64,000 bases of DNA, from NCBI GenBank assembly GCA_037441385.1, contig JBBISH010000008.1, positions 1 through 64,000 of the forward strand, in the 5' to 3' direction. The stretch's first letter is position 1; each line of letters starts with the position of its first letter. The stretch comes from Myxococcales bacterium. Lineage in GTDB: Bacteria > Myxococcota_A > UBA9042. Position numbers and translations under genes: made by a program. This document shows, piece by piece, positions 20,771 to 29,895 of this stretch. The notes under the pieces were generated by a model. The model had not been told where the DNA came from, did no database searches, and worked only from the letters and a program-made list of their open reading frames with translations.

Positions 20771-22330
20771 CTATTTGAAGCAGTCGCTGTCGGGCAGCAA
20801 GCACGAGTCGCAGGTGCCGTCGCCATACTTGCCCGCGGCCTCGCACGAGTCTTGGCAAGTGCCGGTGGTCGCTCCCTGGGTCGCCGGGACGCAGCTCAAG
20901 CCGGGCAAGCAGGTGGCCGTGCCGATGCCGCAGTCCTTGCCCAGGCCCAGCGCCGGCAGGCACTTGGCGGTGGTCTGGCTCGCGTCGACGTACGAGCAGC
21001 CCAAGAAGGCCGCGCAGAAGCCGATGCCGTAGCCGCACTCGTCGCCGCTGAACTTGACGTCCATGCAGGTGCCGGTGGCCTTCGCGTCCGAGGAGTCGGG
21101 CACGCAGGTGGCAAAGCCGGCGCAATCGGTGGCGGTGCCAAAGTCGCCGCACTTGTCGCCCGCGCTGCCCAAGGCGTAGCACGAAGCGGACGACTTGGCG
21201 CTGGTGTCCCATACGCAGTCGGCGCCGTCGACGCAGCCGCCCAGGCCGTAGCCGCAAGCCGCGCCGGGGGCGCCGGCGGTTTGGCAGGTGCTGTTCGGGT
21301 CGGTGGCCGAGGTGGGGAAGCAGGTCAGCCCCGTCTTGCAGCCGCCCAGGCCGATGCCGCCGCACTGGGCGCCGGCGTTGCCGTTGGTGTAGCACTTGGC
21401 CGACGTCGCGGCCGTGCTGGTCCAGCCGCAGCTGCTGCCCGCCGCACACGTGCCAAACCCGTACTTGCCGCAGGCGCCGCCCAGGCTGACGTCGGCGTAG
21501 CACTTCATGGTGTTCTTGGTCTTGTCCGTAAAGCCGCAGGTCGAGCCGTCGGCGCAGTCACCCACGCCGGGGCCGCAGGTCTGGCCGGGGCTGCGCACGG
21601 TCTGGCAGATGTAGTCGCTCAGCTCGCCCGAGATGGCGCACTTGCTGCCGGCCGGGCAGCCGCTGTAGTTGCCAAAGCAGCTGCTGCCCACAGTCAGGGT
21701 GCCGCCGCCGCCCACGCACTGGCCGCTGGCGTTGCAGGTCTTGCTGCCCGAGCAGGTGCCGCACTTGCCGCCACAGCCGTCGTCGCCGCACTGCTTGTTG
21801 GCGCACTGCTTGGTGCAGGTGCCGCTTTTGCACAGCCCCTGCACGCAGTTGGGCGCCGCGGTGGGGCACTTGCCGCAGTTGCCGCCGCAGCCGTCGGCGC
21901 CGCACTCTTTGCCGTCGCATTGCGGCACGCAGCCGCCGTTGTCGGACTTGGCGCCATCCTTGTTGGCGATGATGAGGTCTTGGCCGCCGCCCGTCGAGTC
22001 GCCGCCGCTGGTCGCGTCCAGGCCGCCGCCGGTCGAGCTGGCCACGCAGATCGCCAGCTTCTTGACACCGGTGGGGTCGCTCCCGTCGTTCTGCACGTTG
22101 CAGTATTCATTGGCGGCGCACGGCCCCAAGTCCTTCCACACGTTGTTGTCGCACTGCACGCGATGTGCCGGCGCAATGCCCGTGTAGCAGCCCTGGTTGG
22201 CGTAGTTGCTGTCGCACACGGCGCCGGGCACTCCGCCGGGGAGCAGGGCGCCGCCGCCGCCACCACCGCCTCCGCTAGCGCCGCACGCCGCCACGATCAG
22301 GGCCAAACCAAGAAATGCCAGGTGCTTCAT
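20771..22330 (-). CDS. Cys-rich repeat lipoprotein (surface protein)
   Basis: IVAAC lipobox; CGxDGCGGxCGxC repeats, then about 8 repeats of G..CG.G...C..G..C. Confidence 0.85.
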   Translation of the reverse strand: MKHLAFLGLALIVAACGASGGGGGGGGALLPGGVPGAVCDSNYANQGCYTGIAPAHRVQCDNNVWKDLGPCAANEYCNVQNDGSDPTGVKKLAICVASSTGGGLDATSGGDSTGGGQDLIIANKDGAKSDNGGCVPQCDGKECGADGCGGNCGKCPTAAPNCVQGLCKSGTCTKQCANKQCGDDGCGGKCGTCSGSKTCNASGQCVGGGGTLTVGSSCFGNYSGCPAGSKCAISGELSDYICQTVRSPGQTCGPGVGDCADGSTCGFTDKTKNTMKCYADVSLGGACGKYGFGTCAAGSSCGWTSTAATSAKCYTNGNAGAQCGGIGLGGCKTGLTCFPTSATDPNSTCQTAGAPGAACGYGLGGCVDGADCVWDTSAKSSASCYALGSAGDKCGDFGTATDCAGFATCVPDSSDAKATGTCMDVKFSGDECGYGIGFCAAFLGCSYVDASQTTAKCLPALGLGKDCGIGTATCLPGLSCVPATQGATTGTCQDSCEAAGKYGDGTCDSCLLPDSDCFK

Positions 22331-22433
22331 GATGTCCTCTGGTCCAAGTTGCCGACACGGGGCGCGACCACTCGCAAGAGCCTAGCGCGCCGAGCCGGGC
22401 CACGACAAGGGGCGCCAACCGGCAAATCGCGCC

Positions 22434-22474
22434 AAAAAGGAAACAGGGCGCTGAGTTGCCCCAACGCCCTGTCC
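22434..22474 (-). terminator. Rho-independent terminator
   Basis: Minus strand GGACAGGGCG-loop-CGCCCTGTTTCC-TTTTT, about 40 nt after the stop of 22515-24311. Confidence 0.7.
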
Positions 22475-22514
22475 AAGTTCGGTTAGATCCGCGTCAACCC
22501 GGCCAGCGTTCGCC

Positions 22515-24311
22515 CTAGCCCGGATTGAACACGAACGGCCACTGAATCACACACACGCCCGCTTCGGGCTTCATGAACTTGATGCGGCGGATGGTGCGCA
22601 GCACGCAGTCCGTCACCGACGAATTCTTCATGGTGTCGTCGACGATCTTGTCGTTGGCCACCGAGCCGTCGCCCGTGATCGTCCACTGCACCGTGACCTT
22701 GCCGCTGAGGTCAGGCTTGGCCATCAACTGGGTCTCGTAGCAGGCGCGCAAGCTGGCGGCGCGGGCGCGCACGTTCTTGCTGATGTCGCCCTTGTCGCAG
22801 CCGCCGGTCGAGTTGCCTTGGGCGATGTTGATCTTGGCCACCTTCTTGGCCGACTTGCGGCCGATGCCCATGTCGGCGTTGCGGCCCGTGCCGCCGCCAG
22901 TGTCGATCGCGCCCAGGCCGTGCAAGCGGCCATAGCCTTCGCCGCCGCCGCCCGAGCCCGTGCCGCGGAAGCCCATGCCGCCCGAGCCGTGGCCGATGAC
23001 GAGTTCGCCGCCTTCGCCCGACATCGCGACCGCCATCTTGCTGGAGATCGCGCCCGTGTCGCCGGCCATGATGTTGCCCAACGCGCCGGTCATGGCCTGC
23101 GGGCCGCCCAGCACCTTGGCGATACCGATGTTCTTGACGTCGACCTTGTCGCGCATCGGCCCGTCCATCTTGGGCACTTTGCTCTGCTTGTTCGGATCCT
23201 TGTCCGGATCGCCAAACTTGCCTTCTTCGCCGCCGGCCTTCTTGCCGGTGGTGTCTTCGTCCTCACCCTCGGGCTTGATCTCTTCGGGCTTCTCTTCTTC
23301 CTTTTGCTCCACGGCCACTTCGATGAGGCCGCGGTTTTTCTGCGCCAGTGCTTCGCTCTCGAGCCGGTCCTCGTCGCTCTTGGCGACCGAGTTCACGCCG
23401 ACGAACAGTACGAAGAAGATCGACATCACCGTCGCGAACGACACGGCGAGCGCGGCGTTGCGGGTGCGGTGAGTGCCGACCAGCGCGCCCGGTTGAGCGC
23501 CGGTGAAGTTGAAGTGCAGCTCGATGCCATTCTCGAACGAGATCACGCCCGAGTCGCCGCGGCTGATCGCGTGGCTGCCGCCCGCATCGACCTCGTTGCC
23601 GCCGATCTGGAGGCTACCCGTGGCGCCGTTGGGAACCGTGAGTTGGTACTGCTCGGCCGCGCCCGGCGTGAACAGAACGTGCGAATTGATGCCGTTGGCC
23701 GCCAACTGCAGGGTGTTCTTGTTGTCTTCGCCTACGGTGACGACCGTGGGGACGAAGAACACCTTTTCAGCCACCGTTTGATCGTTCCAGGCCAACGCCA
23801 CGCGCAAGAAGCGCTGGTCCTTGTGGTACTCGTCGAACGAGGCCACCGCCGTCAGGCCGCCAAAGAAGGCCAGCACCGAGCCGAAGACCAGCCAGATCAA
23901 GCCGTTGAGGTGCACATAGGTCTCTGGAATCAGCCCGCCCGACGCGTCGCAGAAGGCCAGCTCCATCGCCTTGCAGGGCACGAGCGTGTAGACCTGATCG
24001 TAGGTCAGCCAGGCCAGCACGATCTGGACCAGCCCGGCGGCGGCGATGCCCCAGCCGAACTTGCGCTTGCGCTGCTTGAAGATCAGCGCGCCCAGTGCCA
24101 CTGAAACCAGCGACAACAACAGCGAAACTTGACCTGTCCAGATCTGGAACCCGGCGATGCCTTTGTAGCCGAACTCTTCGACGTAGACAGCCGAGAACAG
24201 GTTGCGCCACGCCGACGGGTCGGCTTCGGCACCGCCGCCGCCCATGCCGAGGTTGGTGCCCAGCAGCGCGATCAGGCTGCCGATGATTGCTAAAATGGCT
24301 CCGCCGCTCAT
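22515..24311 (-). CDS. GltG-like protein (AgmX/PglI C-terminal TonB-C domain) with an extra N-terminal multi-TM module
   Basis: GGAG RBS; about 4 TM helices, beta-rich cytoplasmic domain, TM, KKAGGEEGKFG, Gly-rich GMGFRGTGSGGGG, LRACYE..GKVTVQWTI..CV..WPFVF. Confidence 0.75.
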   Translation of the reverse strand: MSGGAILAIIGSLIALLGTNLGMGGGGAEADPSAWRNLFSAVYVEEFGYKGIAGFQIWTGQVSLLLSLVSVALGALIFKQRKRKFGWGIAAAGLVQIVLAWLTYDQVYTLVPCKAMELAFCDASGGLIPETYVHLNGLIWLVFGSVLAFFGGLTAVASFDEYHKDQRFLRVALAWNDQTVAEKVFFVPTVVTVGEDNKNTLQLAANGINSHVLFTPGAAEQYQLTVPNGATGSLQIGGNEVDAGGSHAISRGDSGVISFENGIELHFNFTGAQPGALVGTHRTRNAALAVSFATVMSIFFVLFVGVNSVAKSDEDRLESEALAQKNRGLIEVAVEQKEEEKPEEIKPEGEDEDTTGKKAGGEEGKFGDPDKDPNKQSKVPKMDGPMRDKVDVKNIGIAKVLGGPQAMTGALGNIMAGDTGAISSKMAVAMSGEGGELVIGHGSGGMGFRGTGSGGGGEGYGRLHGLGAIDTGGGTGRNADMGIGRKSAKKVAKINIAQGNSTGGCDKGDISKNVRARAASLRACYETQLMAKPDLSGKVTVQWTITGDGSVANDKIVDDTMKNSSVTDCVLRTIRRIKFMKPEAGVCVIQWPFVFNPG

Positions 24312-24587
24312 GTTTCTCCACGCTCGGCCGACCCTGGATCGGCTCGGAGGGGCTGGGCCGGGCACGACCAAACTCAGGTCGCACCAAACCGGGCCGCGAT
24401 GCTAGTTTCGGGGCAACCCCCCGTCAAGCGCCCTTTGCAACTTGATTCGCTACCCCGGCAATTGAGCCCCGACGCGGGGCGGTGCCAGACCCCGGAGCCA
24501 GGCGCGGACCACCGGGTCACGACCATCGACGCGCCAAACGCGCGGGCGATCTACGCCCGGCCGCATGGGCATGATTTTTTCTGGCGC

Positions 24588-26780
24588 TCAGTCGCTGGCC
24601 GCGCTGGCAGGGGCCGCCATGTCTGCGGGCTGGCTGGAACTGGCAGTGCTATTCGTCAGTTCGATCGTCTCGCCGCGCTGCACGGCCGCTTCGGGCACCT
24701 GCGCACGCTGCAGGGCGCCGCAGCCGGCGCGGACCTCGACCACCCGCACGTCGCCGCGCCGACCTTCGGTGGACCAGGGCAGGCGCAGCGTCCACCGCCC
24801 GTTGGGCTCGCTCTGGCCGAACGCCAGCCAACGGTAGCCTTGATCGCCCACCTGCAGCAGCACTTCGGCCCGCGGGACCTGGCCGGTCGCACAGCCGCGC
24901 CCGGTCAGCACGGCCCCCGCCACTCGCTCGAATACCTTGGCCCGCTCGCCGGGCGTGGCGTGGAGCAGCCGCCACTCGGGCCTGGCGGCGCAGCGGCCGT
25001 CGGGGCTGGCGCTGCCGTTGGCGTAAAAAAGCACTTGAGCGTTGCTGCATTCCGCTTCGGCGGTCAGCTGGCGGCTGCCATCGGCGCCGTCGACGACGAA
25101 GCGATCGGCGGGCAGGCCGCGGGCGACGCCATAGGCCCGCAACGCCGCCCCAGGGACTTGCGTGGCGATCCAGTAGCGGATGCGGTGGCGCTGGACCAGC
25201 TGTGGACGATCGCCGGTGGCCAGGATCAGCTCGGCACAGGCGTCCAGGCCGCTGGTCTGGCCGGGGGCGATGAGCGGGCTGCAGACGTTGGCCTGCCCGC
25301 CCCACGCCAGCAGATCGTGGCCAAAGCCCCAGCCGGCCATCACCGCGTAGGTTGGCTTGCTGAGCGGGTTGTCCGCCGCACCGGCCGCGGGCGCGTGGAC
25401 CGCCAGCCAGTCCAACGCCTGCCAAACCGGGACCCGCCGCGCCAGCGGCAGCGGCCGGCTGGCCACGTCCGCCAGGCCAGGCAGCAGCGCTACGCCCGCG
25501 ATCGCGTAGGCCACGCCCGGCCGCACCTGCCGCTCGGCCACCTGCGCCAGCGCCGCCCCGGCCAACACGGCCAGCGGCACCGCCGACAGGGTCGCGAAAC
25601 GCTGTTGCAGCACCCCCAGCGCCACCCCAAGGGCCAGCGCGGCCGCCCATACCAGCACAGTTGGCCTTTGCCTGCGCTGGCGCAGCGCCCACAGCAGCAG
25701 CAGGGGCGTGGCAAGTGCGGGCCAGCTCAGCAGGCTCAGCGTCGCCGTCCATCCGTTTTCCGCGGCGGACGTCGACTCGGCGATGAGCGTCACATAGCCC
25801 TTGCCGGCGACGAAATCGCCCCCGCCGAACAGCGCCTGCCGCCCGGGCCCCCACACAGCCAGAACCAGCGCCGCCACGGCCAGTCCCTGTAGGGCCGACC
25901 ACGCCCGGCCCCGCCCGCCCGGCTGCGGCCGGATCCCCATCGCCAGCAGCGCCGCCGCCGCCATCGCCAGCAACCCTGGCTGCAGCATCGACAAGCCCTC
26001 GGCAACCACGGCGCCGCCTTGCCCCAGGGGCGACGCCGACGCCAGGGGCACCGCCAGTACGCCGGCCGCGCCAAAAACGAGCGCAAGCCGGCGCGAAAAC
26101 GCGCACCGCTGCTCGGCTTCGCTGACGAGGAGCGCGACGCCAGCCCACCCCGCCAGCAGGGCCACGGTCAGCGCCGACGACGGCCACAGGACCAACGGTG
26201 CCATCACCAGGCCGATCGCCCACGCCTGCTGCCCAATTCGGGCCGGCCTCTGCACGGCGAGCAGCGCGGCCAGGGCCGCGAAGGTGACCAACGGCTCGGC
26301 GGCGTGGTGGTCGATCTTGCCGACTTGCGTGTAATTGTGCAGGCCTGGGTGGCAGGCGACGAGCAGCCCGGCCACGGCCATCGCCCGCAGCCGGTGCGCG
26401 TCGTTCGCCAGCTTGCCAGCCACTTGAGCCGCCACCACCGTGGTGGCTACCGCGCAAGCGGTCACCAGGCCATAGCCCGCCCACAGCGCCGCGTTGCGAT
26501 CGCCGCCCAGCGCGGCCGCCGCCGCCGCGCACAAAGCATCGAACCCGTCTGGCCACACGACCCAGTTGCCGACCGGCACGTGGACCCAGGCGTCCTTGTG
26601 CAGGGGCCCGTGGCCTTGGGCCTGCCACAGCATCCGCCGCACGTGGTACCACGAGTCGCCGCTGACCGCGAACCAGCGGTCCCCCCAGTGCAAATCGGAC
26701 AAATTGCGCAGGCGCAGCCCGGCCGTCAACGCGGCCAACAGCAGCAAAAGGAGCCGCGGCGGCACGGCCTTGCGCAGCAT
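24588..26780 (-). CDS. STT3/AglB-like oligosaccharyltransferase (GT-C)
   Basis: GDSWYHVRR, DHHAAE, TLIAES (TIxE), VMAGWGFGH at the WWDYG position, KVFERVAGA; about 13 TM helices. Confidence 0.8.
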   Translation of the reverse strand: MLRKAVPPRLLLLLLAALTAGLRLRNLSDLHWGDRWFAVSGDSWYHVRRMLWQAQGHGPLHKDAWVHVPVGNWVVWPDGFDALCAAAAAALGGDRNAALWAGYGLVTACAVATTVVAAQVAGKLANDAHRLRAMAVAGLLVACHPGLHNYTQVGKIDHHAAEPLVTFAALAALLAVQRPARIGQQAWAIGLVMAPLVLWPSSALTVALLAGWAGVALLVSEAEQRCAFSRRLALVFGAAGVLAVPLASASPLGQGGAVVAEGLSMLQPGLLAMAAAALLAMGIRPQPGGRGRAWSALQGLAVAALVLAVWGPGRQALFGGGDFVAGKGYVTLIAESTSAAENGWTATLSLLSWPALATPLLLLWALRQRRQRPTVLVWAAALALGVALGVLQQRFATLSAVPLAVLAGAALAQVAERQVRPGVAYAIAGVALLPGLADVASRPLPLARRVPVWQALDWLAVHAPAAGAADNPLSKPTYAVMAGWGFGHDLLAWGGQANVCSPLIAPGQTSGLDACAELILATGDRPQLVQRHRIRYWIATQVPGAALRAYGVARGLPADRFVVDGADGSRQLTAEAECSNAQVLFYANGSASPDGRCAARPEWRLLHATPGERAKVFERVAGAVLTGRGCATGQVPRAEVLLQVGDQGYRWLAFGQSEPNGRWTLRLPWSTEGRRGDVRVVEVRAGCGALQRAQVPEAAVQRGETIELTNSTASSSQPADMAAPASAASD

Positions 26781-26783
26781 CGG

Positions 26784-27713
26784 CTACTCCGAGACTTCGT
26801 ACGGCACCAGCAGCACCACGCTGGCTGAGACCATCGCCGCGTGATCACCCGCCGCGTCCACACCGCCGCCCAAGTCCACGCCCACCTTGGTGGTCCGCCA
26901 CGACAGGCCGCCGCAGACCCAGTGGTGGGTGGCCGCGCCGCGCACGATCTGATCGAACTGATAGCCGGCGCGCAGTTGCAGGCCCTCGGCGCCGACCTGG
27001 TAGCCCACGCCAGCGCGGTAACTTTGGCCGTCAGCATCGCCGGCCAAGGCCACGTCGCGGTTGGCCACGCCCCACGATCCGGACACTTCGGCCACCAGCT
27101 GCGAGCCCACAAAGGCCGCGCCGACGGCCACCCGCCGCGGCGCCTCGCGCGGGTCCAGTGCCAGGCCGTTGTGGATGACCGCGCCCAGTCGCACGCTCTG
27201 CAGCCCGACCGTCACGCCCAGATCGCCCGTCCAGCCGTCTACGCTGTGGCTGCCTTGGCTGAGGTTCAAGTAGCGGGCCGAGGCGCCGAGCAGCAACCGG
27301 CTGGTCTCGCTTTGGCCGCCCATGCTCAGGCCCATGCGCACGTCGTGGCCACGGCGGTTGGGGGCGTCGGTCGACCAGCCGAGCTCGCTGGCATAGCCCA
27401 CGCCGGCCGCCAAGCCCCAGGCCGAGGTCGAGTCCACGTAGCTGACAAAGGGCGCCCCCGAGCCCGCCTGGCCAGAGCGGGCGAAACCCGCCTCGAAGAC
27501 CGAGTGTTGCACCTGGCTCATGCCGGCCGGATTGCTGTACAGCGCTGCCCCGGCCACGCCCGAGGCCACCTGGGCATCGGCCGTTCCCAACGAGGTGGTC
27601 CCCGCGCCGGCCGGCCGGTAGGGCCCCATGCCGCACAGCACGCACCAGGCGCCGGCAGCTACCATCCATTTCCACAAGCGTTGCAGGCTCATGCGCTCCC
27701 TAGCGGCGGTCAC
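26784..27713 (-). CDS. Outer-membrane beta-barrel protein (FadL/PorV-like N-terminus)
   Basis: Signal peptide, SLGTADAQVA..ALYSNPAGM motif, alternating amphipathic strands. Confidence 0.65.
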   Translation of the reverse strand: MTAARERMSLQRLWKWMVAAGAWCVLCGMGPYRPAGAGTTSLGTADAQVASGVAGAALYSNPAGMSQVQHSVFEAGFARSGQAGSGAPFVSYVDSTSAWGLAAGVGYASELGWSTDAPNRRGHDVRMGLSMGGQSETSRLLLGASARYLNLSQGSHSVDGWTGDLGVTVGLQSVRLGAVIHNGLALDPREAPRRVAVGAAFVGSQLVAEVSGSWGVANRDVALAGDADGQSYRAGVGYQVGAEGLQLRAGYQFDQIVRGAATHHWVCGGLSWRTTKVGVDLGGGVDAAGDHAAMVSASVVLLVPYEVSE

Positions 27714-28387
27714 GAAGTCTTCTTGTCCGCGGCCTTCTTCATGCGCGCGATCAGGCCCGACCAGCCCTCTTTGCCCAGGATCTTAGCAAAGTTTTGCCGG
27801 TACGACTGCACCTGGCTGGCGTCGTCGACCACGATGTCGAACACCCACCAGCGGCCATCGCCCGGCAGCAACTGGTAGTTCACGTCGGCGCTGGTGGTCT
27901 TGACCTTGAGCACCGTCTGCACCTCGCTGCGGCCGCCGGGTAGGCTGCGGGTCTGCTTGTACGTGATCTCGACGGGCGTGCCGGGCTTGAAGCGCTTGAC
28001 GTAGGTGTTGATCACCATCCGCGTCAGCAGTTGGGTGAACTCGGTCCGCTGCTCGGGCTGCAGGCCATCCCATTGTCCGGGCAGGGTCAGCTTGGCCATC
28101 TCGGCAAAGTCGATGACGCCGTGGAGCTCGTCGCCAATCGCCTTGTGCAACGCCGCAACATCGCTGGTCGCCTTGGACTGCTGATCCAGCTTGGCCGACA
28201 GCCCGGCGATGAATTTCTGCGGATCCCCGGCTGGCTTCTTGGGGCCCGCACTCGGCGCCGGAGCGGCAGGGGTGGCCGGGGCCGCGGCTGGCGGATTGGC
28301 TGGCTTGGCCGCCTTGGGTGCCGCAGCGGCGGGCACGGCAAACAGCGCAACCAGGCAACCCACAACAAGCTTACTCAAATGGGACAT
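27710..28387 (-). CDS. MlaC/Ttg2D(HpnM)-family lipid-binding periplasmic protein
   Basis: IDFAEMAKLTL..W, EFTQLL, WWVFDIVVDDASQVQSYRQNF. Confidence 0.9.
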   Translation of the reverse strand: MSHLSKLVVGCLVALFAVPAAAAPKAAKPANPPAAAPATPAAPAPSAGPKKPAGDPQKFIAGLSAKLDQQSKATSDVAALHKAIGDELHGVIDFAEMAKLTLPGQWDGLQPEQRTEFTQLLTRMVINTYVKRFKPGTPVEITYKQTRSLPGGRSEVQTVLKVKTTSADVNYQLLPGDGRWWVFDIVVDDASQVQSYRQNFAKILGKEGWSGLIARMKKAADKKTS

Positions 28388-28455
28388 GATCTTCCTTGAA
28401 CCCGCCTGCGCCGCCATGGCGCATGCCGATGCAACGCCCGCGAGGGCTCACTCAT

Positions 28456-29892
28456 TCAGGGGCCGGGCTGCGCCAGTTGGGTCAGGTCCATGCCGACCGC
28501 CCGCGACAGCGCCGCCACCGCCACGTTGTAGTTGAAGATCGACTCGGCGTAGGCCATGCGCCGGCGCGTGTAGGCCTCCATGGCGCGCAGCACCTCGGCA
28601 AACTCTTGGAAGCCGTCTTCGTAGGCTTGATTCTCGGCCGAGAGCCAACCGCGGGCCGACTTGTAGGCGCGCTCTTGCACGTCGATCATGGCGCGCGCGT
28701 CGACCATTTCGCGGTACATCTGCCGCACTTCCATTCGCACTTTGGCTTGCTCGCCTTTTTCGAGCAGCGCCGCCTGCTTGGCGTCTAGATCCGCCTGATC
28801 GATCTTTTCGAGCTGCCGCAGCGGATCGACGCTCCAGCGCAGCGCCACGCCCAAGCCGGACGTGGCCGAATTGTTGGGGTTGGTGGCCAACGAGTCCTGC
28901 GTATCCGCCCGGGTCGGGGCGTACGTATAGGCATAGCGCGCCACCAGCACGAAATCCGGCAAGAACTGGTTTCGCGCCAACTGGGCTTGCATCAAGCGAA
29001 CTTGTACGCCACCGCGCTGGGCCAGCAACCGCGGCGAGTTGGCCAGCGCCAGGGTCTCGATCGCCTCCATGGGCACGGTCGGTACCACGACGGGGGTCAG
29101 ATCGCCGGCCGCCTCCACCGGCAATTCGGACGATTCGCCCAGCGCCATGCGCAGGCCATCTTCGGCCTGACCGCGCGATCGCTCGAACTGCCGCACTTTC
29201 TCTTCGATGTCGGCCGAGAACACGTTCAGCTTGGCCAGGTCGGCCTGGTTGAAGCTCGCGTCGCCATCGTCGCGGGCTTTTTCAATCTTCTCGCGCTGTT
29301 CTTGCATCAGCCGCTTGCCGTCGGCGACCAGGTCGCGCAGCTCGGCGACCAGCACCAGGCCCCACCACGCTCGGGCCAGCTGGTAGCGCATCTCGTCTTC
29401 GGCGATGTGGATCGTGACGCGGGCGATGTCCACGCCCTGGCGCGCCATGTCCTTGAGCGTCGAGATCTTGCCAAAGGTGAACAAGGTCTGGCCCATGCTC
29501 ACCGAGGTGACTAGCAGCGGCCCAAACTTGGTGAAGTCGTAGTCTTGCAGCGGCGTGGCGCCGTCGTGGCCCGGCTTCAGCTCGGGCAGGGCCGTACCAA
29601 AAGCGCTGATGTCGAACTTGGGGTACCACGCCGACTGAGCCTCGCGCAGCCTGCTCTCGTACTGGGGCACGCCGAGCCGAGCGGCGGCCAGCAACGGCGA
29701 CTGACGCTTGGCCAGGTGCTGACACTCTTCCAGAGTGCAGCGCAGCTTGGGCGGGGCCGCGAGCGCGCTGGGCTGGACCGCGCCCACCGCCAGACTGGCT
29801 AGCGCTACCGCCATCGCGTGGCCAAGCCGGAGCCTGGCCCAAGGCCAGCGAGCCGTGCGCAACCGAGCCTGATTCAACAGAGAGTCCGCCAT
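28456..29892 (-). CDS. TolC-family outer-membrane protein
   Basis: Two OEP repeats (WYPKF..QTLFTFGK; ALANSP..FLPDF; YNVAVAALSRAVG). Confidence 0.88.
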   Translation of the reverse strand: MADSLLNQARLRTARWPWARLRLGHAMAVALASLAVGAVQPSALAAPPKLRCTLEECQHLAKRQSPLLAAARLGVPQYESRLREAQSAWYPKFDISAFGTALPELKPGHDGATPLQDYDFTKFGPLLVTSVSMGQTLFTFGKISTLKDMARQGVDIARVTIHIAEDEMRYQLARAWWGLVLVAELRDLVADGKRLMQEQREKIEKARDDGDASFNQADLAKLNVFSADIEEKVRQFERSRGQAEDGLRMALGESSELPVEAAGDLTPVVVPTVPMEAIETLALANSPRLLAQRGGVQVRLMQAQLARNQFLPDFVLVARYAYTYAPTRADTQDSLATNPNNSATSGLGVALRWSVDPLRQLEKIDQADLDAKQAALLEKGEQAKVRMEVRQMYREMVDARAMIDVQERAYKSARGWLSAENQAYEDGFQEFAEVLRAMEAYTRRRMAYAESIFNYNVAVAALSRAVGMDLTQLAQPGP

Positions 29893-29895
29893 GAT

